Positions 57,301-64,000 of a DNA stretch of 64,000 nucleotides are shown here, one piece after another; the first letter of the stretch is position 1; each line of letters begins with the position of its first letter. The position numbers were made by a program, and so were the translations under genes. This stretch comes from Strigamia acuminata (lineage: Eukaryota), in NCBI GenBank assembly GCA_949358305.1, contig OX442314.1:4464001-4528000 (forward strand), read 5' to 3'. The notes under the pieces are model-generated. The model did no database searches. It saw only the letters and a list, made by a program, of their open reading frames with translations, and was not told the origin of the DNA.

Positions 57301-59508
57301 TCAAAACACGATATCCTCGAGTTCCAGACGCGTAGCCGACGAGAAATCCCTCCCAAGCTCGAGGGTCCAGTTTATTGCGTCCAGGTGCGGTGAAGTGCAC
57401 CCAGCACTTGGAACCGATTTTACGAAAATGTCTGACGGAGAGAGCTCGCTGGCGCCACAAAATGTACGGGATTTCGTCGTTGAGCTTCGAATGTGGACTT
57501 CGGTTCTTGATGTACACGAATGTCACAGCAAGTTCGGCCCAAAGCGTATGCGGAAATCCGGTTTCGGATCTAACGGAGCGGAGATAATCGCCCATCGTCC
57601 GGTTCAGGCGTTCGGCGACTCCATTCATCTGTGGGCTCGCGGGGTTGGTCCGTTGCGCAACAATACCCTTGTCGGCGAGATAACGGTCAAAATCCCTTGA
57701 AATGAATTCTCCTCCACGGTCGGTACGAATCGTTTTGATCCGGCAATCGGCTATACGTTCGACACGGGAAACAAAGTCTTTGAACGTAGCGAAAACATCG
57801 GATTTACGGGCAATCGGGAAAAGCCAGGCATACCTGGTGGCGTCGTCGATAATGGTGAAGGCGAAATTAGCGCCACCAATGGAAGGCAGTCTCGACGGGC
57901 CCCAGACGTCCATGTGAAGCAATTCAAGCGGTTTCGTGGTCGAAGGCGCGGAAATCGGCTTATGCGAAGCACGCGTAGACTTGGCGACACGGCACGTGTT
58001 GCATGAAAGTTCCTGTCGAACAGCAGCTGGATCAAGTCCGTAAACCTGGGAGTTAGCAGCCAAAGTCCGCATGGCTTTGGTGTGCAGGTGACCCAGTCTG
58101 CTGTGCCACAATCCCGTGGCATCCGCGACGTTGACCGACGTAGTAACCGGTTTAAGAGGTGATGTTGCATTTGACTTAGCAACAGGAGGAGGTGGTGTTG
58201 CGTTTGACTTGGCAACGGGAAGAGGAGATGTGAGGGCATTGGAATACATCCGGATCTGTTGAGGTTGGGATCCGGGAATAGGAGCAGGACTGGTAGGAAA
58301 AAGTGAAGGGACCAGTAAGGTGTTGGAGGAGACGGGCAAGCGGAAATCGGTCATATTGTCAGCCGACTTCGTCTTAGCCTTGTTGGAAGACTTGGGCAAT
58401 GCGGGAAAGTCCTCTTCCTTCGTCACTAGAGTGGTCGGTGTCGGAGTCGGAGGCAACGATGAAACGGGTGGAGAACTCGAAACATTAGTCGGAGCGGCGA
58501 ATGGCGAGATAAGCCCATCCACGAAATAAAGTCCAGACTTCTGTTTCGCCCGAAGAACACTTAGTTTGATATCCGTTTCATACGTGTGCAATTCCGAGTT
58601 GTGAATGTGGATGTGATGTCCGCATTTATCAATCCGAGAAACCGAGATAAGATTGGCGCCGAAGTCAGGTGCGAATAAGACGTCGCGTAGCATTACGGTG
58701 CATTCGCAGCCATCGATGAGCGACTTGACCGGAACGTCACCTTTGCCTGTGACCTTCGAACTGCCTTGTCCTAACTCGATGTTAAACGGGACAACGGAAA
58801 CAAAGTTCGTGAACCACGCTTTAACGTGCGACACGTGGTCGGTTGCGCCGCAATCAACGATCCATTCGTGGGATTGGAGGAAATGCACAGTCGGTGCTGT
58901 AACAACTGGTGGCGCAGACAAGAAACGAGGCACTGGTGTCTTTCCAGGCCTCTGCTACCACTTGTAGCACTGTGGCGCAATAAATGCACGATAAATCGTG
59001 CTGGAAGCGTGAAAATAACGTGCTCACGGCAATGCATGAGCTGGAAAAATTGCCGTGATGCGTAAACGCGAGTTCGGGTCTGTATTGGGCCAGAAAACGC
59101 GTGTACCACACTTATAAAGACGTGTGGCACATAAACTAATACTGATAATTAACAAAATACACTTTAATTCGAGAAAACTTACATAATTGATTCAAAAACC
59201 ATTTGAAAACATAGAGAAACACACTGGCTGTGTGCGCGGCCATTTGCAAAGTGCCAGAGACATCTGGTGGCCGAAAATGGAAACAATAATAATGAAAAAC
59301 ATAAGAACAAGATAGAGGATGCATGAAACCTAATGTATTGAGTACATTTAACCCGGTATCATGCATTCTCCTTACAAACAAGCATGAAAACACTGAATAA
59401 CCCAGGAAAATGGAAACAATTACCGATAAATGATAAAATAAACATTTTAAAGCCATTTCACATCAAAAAACGATTTAAATAACTGAAAAGTGGTTCCAAA
59501 GTCCAACA
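54306..59508 (-). mobile_element. Ty1/Copia LTR retrotransposon lacking gag and carrying an MBD-like domain
   Basis: 546-bp LTRs at 54306-54851 and 58963-59508 (1 difference noticed), 5-bp TSD GATCA, PBS TGGTAGCAGAGG (tRNA-iMet), PPT GGAGGGAAT. Confidence 0.96.
54899..58933 (-). CDS. pol: Copia pol: PR-IN-MBD-RT-RNaseH
   Basis: WIVDCGATDH, WHSRLGH..CNTC, RTDRGGEF, KLDPRA, RYRARLVAQG, YVDD, TDASWA, STMEAEF, SDIFTK. Confidence 0.93.
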   Translation of the reverse strand: MPRFLSAPPVVTAPTVHFLQSHEWIVDCGATDHVSHVKAWFTNFVSVVPFNIELGQGSSKVTGKGDVPVKSLIDGCECTVMLRDVLFAPDFGANLISVSRIDKCGHHIHIHNSELHTYETDIKLSVLRAKQKSGLYFVDGLISPFAAPTNVSSSPPVSSLPPTPTPTTLVTKEEDFPALPKSSNKAKTKSADNMTDFRLPVSSNTLLVPSLFPTSPAPIPGSQPQQIRMYSNALTSPLPVAKSNATPPPPVAKSNATSPLKPVTTSVNVADATGLWHSRLGHLHTKAMRTLAANSQVYGLDPAAVRQELSCNTCRVAKSTRASHKPISAPSTTKPLELLHMDVWGPSRLPSIGGANFAFTIIDDATRYAWLFPIARKSDVFATFKDFVSRVERIADCRIKTIRTDRGGEFISRDFDRYLADKGIVAQRTNPASPQMNGVAERLNRTMGDYLRSVRSETGFPHTLWAELAVTFVYIKNRSPHSKLNDEIPYILWRQRALSVRHFRKIGSKCWVHFTAPGRNKLDPRAWEGFLVGYASGTRGYRVLNPATNTVTETVHVQIDERQNFKRSPFYVPDPDDNAPPMEEPARGHTPSRVTFHDNFPTQPWPRRRRDSDNDSSAGSSDDDGIISRAQSVASTAPSFASFAPSAAASVPLDGEAIPDGSVTAADDSVTAATVAGHGQFSPTIRSTRLPQLRRSISYPTLPCLDDTTAMSVQGSDFDDDLLDEAAALPIPAPGTPNLAPLRALHCPWSFIGGVSPFSGWRREEHLRKDQIPGKIKVDVYYYPEHGVRLRSQNDIAAYCFAHRLPYDESIFFFGNLEHHMPYVPPSPHRVFMCFREPATYAEAVKLPEAPKWTEAIDEELSTFKKREVYKEVPRPPDKTVLGCKWIFKLKSDATGTIHRYRARLVAQGFRQTMGVDFDEVFSPVVNFVLIRFFFCLLVVLLGWRDTHLDVKCAYLYGDLDHEIYMRIPAGATCSSPDNVWLLTKSLYGLHQSGRMWYQKLDETLTGLGFQKFPACNCVYAFGHSAIMLVYVDDIVLFYASENIRDRILALITSKFEIVNLGPITKLLGVEFERRDGKVFMTQRNYIDKLLKKFNVSSDALIKVPVTPGTTLVKGSLDNLPDFPYRSLIGSLLFLASRTRPDILYSVIALSQYNNCYDQSHIKCLLQVLRYVANTSNYSIELSKCDSSQLWGCTDASWASDIATSRSFGGYIVYIGSVPIGWSCKKQTSVACSTMEAEFVALVEIVKELYWLDSIYQVFPPLRRLSKPIIFSDALASIQFTNNDIENSKTKHIRVKFHWLREWHIAGCFELRKIPGEINVSDIFTKWLSSERLRNLLSRIFVSK

Positions 59509-59844
59509 GATCAATCCTAACTTGTAGTTGAAGTTGGCCTGACGGTGAGGTAGTTGCTGTGTTCTTGGTGTCGTTTGTGTAAGTTCTGACTTTAGGCGGG
59601 AAACACAGCCTTTTATGCAGTGGGGTGAAGGGCCGGCGATCAACCAATGGGGGCTGACCATCAGCCGCTTCCTCCCCCTCGGGGCACACACCTGCCATGG
59701 GGAGGTGGAGCCAACTCGGGGGGGAACGACTCTTCAATCACAGTGACTCAGAGGACAAGCATCCGCCCTGGGGGGACACTTATCCAACTGGGTCACCACA
59801 CGTCCCTCCTCCAGCTTCGATCTCGGATCGGAGCGATCTCAATT

Positions 59845-62800
59845 TTATCGCTCTCCTCTGCGAAGAGCCGGCAGCACTCCTCTGCATGGGCGGAGGATCA
59901 CTGGTGGCACTGCCGGGGGCGGCGGTGGTAAATCCGGGGGCAGAGAGGTTGTCAGATCCGCAGGATTCTGTCGCTCGTTGATGAAGTACTGCGGGTGACC
60001 GCCGACCGGCTCGCCAATCAGTCCCGTACGTTCGTGGATCCAAATCCGGGTGGATGCCGGGAATCGGTCGGGAACGAGCCGGATCCTTCGCGACTCGGCG
60101 CTCGATCCGGGTTTCCGGTGGGCTCGCAAGATTCGGCGATGGAAGACGGCGTCCATGGTAGATCGGGCCTCTCTGTTCAGCCATTTGAGGACCGACTCGC
60201 CGTGATCATCGGAGTCAATGATGCGTTGTCGCGTGAACTCCGACATCTGAAGGAAGGGGTATTCCACTCCCAGCCTCAAATAAAGCTGCGCTGCTGGGGG
60301 CGGCGGAGGCGATGGAGGAAGTGGAATCTCCATTGGACTCTCCAACGGTGGCGTAGCCGGCTCTGTTGTAAGAGCGGCCAGCTCGGCCGCTGGTGGCGAA
60401 GGAGAGGGCAGCGGAGGAGTTCGCGGTCCTCGGTTGGAGCGCTTCGGAATCAATTTGGGTCGATTCGCATACCGCTTCTCCTTTGGGAATACCGGCTTTG
60501 GGGTCGGTATGTATGGTTGGACCGCCGCCTCTGGGGGGGCGGTCTCGATGGCCTGTGGGAGGCTCGCTGTCGTTCCCGGTATCTCCGGAGCCTCCCGAAT
60601 TGTTCGCAACAAGGAAGGGTGGACTCCGGGGTTCCGGTAGCGGAATGCCAACGAACGCATCTTCGAAAACTGCAGGCCTGGGTTCTCCGTATTCCTGGCC
60701 AGGTCGAAGCGCAGCGAGGCGGGCTCAGGAGTCCATCCGGCCCATACCTGGTACAACGCCCGAGGAAGGTGAACTCCCTCACGGTCGACGATTGTCCAGG
60801 CCGCCATAGCCTGCCGACTGTCCAAGAAGACGCCCAGGGACAGCAGCTGGGCCATGACGTTCGTCACTGCCAAATTCAAACCGCTCCGATGGCAGGGGTG
60901 AGCGCGGTCCGGATTGCCACTGAATTGTTGTGACAGCGTCCGCATCTGTTCGATCGCCCAATTGATGTGGTGGGTTTGGGCGGCGTCGGCCTGTCGTATG
61001 GCCAACTCGGCAATCGCGGGGTTCTCGTATTCGGCCAGATATTCTTGTAGCTCGCTGAGTGGGGGATAGGCCGCTTCACGCCGGCATCGAGCGTCCATCT
61101 CTCGCTGGGCGTACCATTCGGCGTTGCGATAAGGTCGACACACTCGTGGCGTTGGGGGTGACGGTGGACGGCCCAGCCCGGGTAGATTATCGTATCTGAC
61201 CCGCTTCGGAGCTGGATCCCCCACCGGAATCATCCGGGGAGGGGTCCAAGCGGTCACGGCTGGGTTTGTACCCTCGAGGAGTGGCGGCCATCGCGATTGC
61301 ACTTGTGGGGGCACAAGCGCGGTGGGCACAGCCGGTGTTGAGCCCGACGGCCGGTTGGCCGCGTATCCTCGGAAGGCGTTCTTCAATGCTACGGCCAGAT
61401 CCTGTTTTGTAACCGGCCCATCTTTGTCCGACTCATCTGGGGACATTTGCTCTTCCGTCAACTCTCCCAAATCAATCTCTGCTTGGCGCCTGGACGGTCC
61501 AGCCGTGGGTCCGAGACTCTGGGGTTCGGACCGTTTCGCGGCGGCCATCTCTCGCTCCTTCTCTAATCCCTTAGCTATCAGGGATTGTGCTCGCAACTTC
61601 TGACGTACTTTGCGCTTTCGATTCCTCCGGGTGCTGGCTGCGACGGATCTTCGTTGGGCCGTCCTCTGGGGGACGTCCGTCGGAGAATTCGGTCTCTGGT
61701 GTGATGAGACGGTTCGTCGCGACGAGGATTGATCTGACGACTGTGTGGTAATCGCCATGAACAACGAGGATCTTTTCTTTCCTCGATCTTGGTGTGTCTC
61801 GGTCCTCGCAGCCCAGTGGGCGGAAGATTCGACTGTTCGCTCAGCCCGCGCGTCGTCTGGCGAGGCAGGCTCGAGCGTTACTACTCGGCGACACTCCGAG
61901 CGCACGACAACTCGAGTTCGGGAACTGGAGCTGCTCGAGCGGCTGCGGTAGTCGCGGCTCGTTGACGGGCCGGCCTCTATTGGGGAGACGGCCTGTCTTC
62001 TTCGTGCGGGTCCGCGTGGGGCGGACTCCGCCGGACGCTTCGATCTTCTGTGATGGCGGCGACTTCCCAGGATACCAGCGTGGTATAACTGCCACATCTC
62101 AGACTGCGTGGCCGTAAAATTCGCCGGCGGTATCCATCTGGGTGTCAGATGATCTTCTTCGATGTCGCGAAGCCATCTACGGATTTCTTCGGGGGAGAAA
62201 CCGTTTCTCTCGAGAACTCGGGTTACTCCGTGAGTCTCGGTGCGCTTTAAGCGTTTGATCTCGTCGTCCACTATTCTCTGGCGGGCTGCCAAGGTCGGGG
62301 CCTCGCTCCACCTATGGGAGGTGTGCAGCTCGGCCACCGTGCCTGGGTAAGCCTCTTCCAGGTACCCGGAGTAAACGGGGCTCGGCGGATCCGCATCGGG
62401 TGGGATCCGCGGCCCCACTCGCTCCCTCATCTCCTTCGTCATGCACTCGACCAGCGTTTTTGATCGCTCGAATTTTTCCTCGAGGGTCCTGGAATACATC
62501 AATCGGATTTTCCAGGCGCTGGTCTCTGCAGGATAGGCCTGCCGCAGGTAAATCGGCAGGGCTCCGCGAAAGATGTTGTTGGCGGTTGACGCCGTCGGAG
62601 GCAGGGCGTCCCACGATTCTAGCGGGTCGACCTGAATAATTTTAGATCACAAGATTAATATAATAAATCCCAGTTAACGATGGGGATCAGAAATATGCTC
62701 AAGATCGACGGTGGCAGCAACTCCTTTCTTTTGTTGCGGCCGTCGGTCTTATTTTCTTGTTTCGCAGTTCTGCGATGATCTCCGCCGTCGTAGCGCTGAT

Positions 62801-63309
62801 CCAACACTACTTTTGAACTCAGGTGATCCGCTTTTTTGGAAGGGGTCGCAGGCAAAACCGATCGTTAAATTTTAATTTCTTACGCTAAACTTTTTTATTT
62901 TAACTCTAATCGTATTTTAATTTATTACGATGTTTAAATTTAAAAGAAAGAAAACCTTTAGTTTTGGTTTTGGTTTGCCACGACGCCATTCCGCGAACAC
63001 TTCCTTTGTTCTAGTTTTTTGGCGGCCTTGACTCCGAGGTGAATCTGGGTCCACTCTCGGGTTTTTAGCCAGCCTTAAATCAACAATAAAACAGAAAGAA
63101 ATATATCAGTCACAAGTCACGCTCCAATCTGGGTTGGATGCAACAGATTCAAAGAATTATGTGATTTCTCTGGGGAAATCACACTAATTTACCTGCAACG
63201 GCGGTTGTTCGTCCCAATTCTCATCTTCTTCTGCATTTACGATTAGGCCGTCGCTCTCGTCTCTCGACGATGCGCTCGGCTCTAATCGTGGGTTGCGTCG
63301 ATCGGCCAT
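59845..63309 (-). CDS. Spliced accessory ORF3 of element D (simplest model: exons 63309-63193 and 62631-59845, about 967 aa)
   Basis: Acidic 39-aa exon MADRRN..PPLQ ending at a phase-0 GTAAAT donor; the long ORF is open back to a phase-0 TTATTCAG acceptor; several blocks align with element A ORF3. Confidence 0.75.
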
Positions 63310-63689
63310 TTCAATTTAGGAAAATGAAGTTTTGTTTGAGAGGTCTTTGTCTTTCTCTTTGGGGGAGAAGCAAAAACACGTCTCGTCGTGTTAAAAACAG
63401 TCGGAAACTGGGCCTATCGACGCTGAGAATTGTGGGTCTCGAACGCGTCTCGTATTTTGCGAGATCCGCCGTGCTGGCAATGACGCTACGGGGTCGACCG
63501 CGTGGTTTCGTTGTCACGTGGTCGCCCGCTACGTCATAACTTCTCGTCTGTTAGTGGTGACTGCGACAATTCGTTGCGAAGTTTGGATTTAGCTAATTTT
63601 TCGCGTCTCAACATGTGCAGCAGCTCTCGTAAGTAAATCTTTTTATTTTACAAGGCCTCCGCTCCATGTTATCACATTTTCTTTTATTT

Positions 63690-64000
63690 TTAGTTCTTCC
63701 CCACGACTTTGCCGTCCCGAATGAACGGATTATTGCTTCGTCGTGGTCGAAGGTTGATTTTCGACGTGCTCGTAGATCGTGACTCTACTTGCTCGTTCAT
63801 CTCCGATGTGTTGGCATTTTTCTCATTACTAATTTTTTTATTTTCCATTTCAGAAGTACTTTCTTCTGCTTCCTCCCTCTCCGAAATTGCTTGCTCCGGC
63901 TGTGCTGGAGCCTCGTCGGCCGGAGATTCGGCGTCGAAGAATTCATCCTCGTCCTCCGCTATATTTTCAGCTTCATTTGTTTTTTGGAACGTGTCGACCA
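63690..64000 (-). CDS. Probable C-terminal tail of element D pol (runs off the window)
   Basis: Open acidic tail ending KINLRPRRS..VGKN*, similar to RYNLRTRKPR at the end of element A pol. Confidence 0.55.
   Translation of the reverse strand, partial: VDTFQKTNEAENIAEDEDEFFDAESPADEAPAQPEQAISEREEAEESTSEMENKKISNEKNANTSEMNEQVESRSTSTSKINLRPRRSNNPFIRDGKVVGKN

Larger units (their letters stand above)
53773..64000 (-). mobile_element. 3' part of Gypsy element D (pol tail, accessory gene, PPT, 3' LTR split by a Copia)
   Basis: LTR start TGTGGTGACC at 59800 with PPT GGAGGAGGGACG; LTR remainder about 53773-54305 (left end uncertain) shares CAAGATGGCGTCG with the element A LTR; accessory ORF homologous to element A. 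Confidence 0.8.

Noticed and set aside
59995..60933. 312-aa + strand ORF and other antisense ORFs over GC-rich TE coding regions
   Set aside because: Shadow ORFs expected opposite GC-rich coding sequence; no motifs.
62955..63075. Additional internal exon of element D ORF3
   Set aside because: Splicing from the phase-0 donor gives an immediate stop (GCT GGC TAA); the frame cannot be resolved without transcript data.

Overview
AT-rich invertebrate (probably arthropod) genomic DNA. It holds a + strand tandem cluster of four intron-containing DEG/ENaC (pickpocket/ASIC-like) channel genes, heavily invaded by transposons. The LTR retrotransposons are all on the - strand: a young full-length Ty3/Gypsy element, a gag-PR deletion derivative, a gag-only derivative, a gag-less MBD-carrying Copia, and the 3' part of a second Gypsy. 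There are also solo LTRs, Tc1 relics, MITEs/foldbacks, a LINE fragment and minisatellites. Most notable: (1) two divergent Gypsy elements carry a homologous, spliced, non-Env, Arg/Ser-rich accessory gene after pol; (2) the LTR of one carries five covarying pyrimidine-bulge/GAG RNA hairpins resembling lentiviral TAR, which suggests a complex-retrovirus-like regulatory module; (3) the fourth DEG/ENaC gene encodes two channel subunits fused head-to-tail in one reading frame. All alignments and folds were done by eye.
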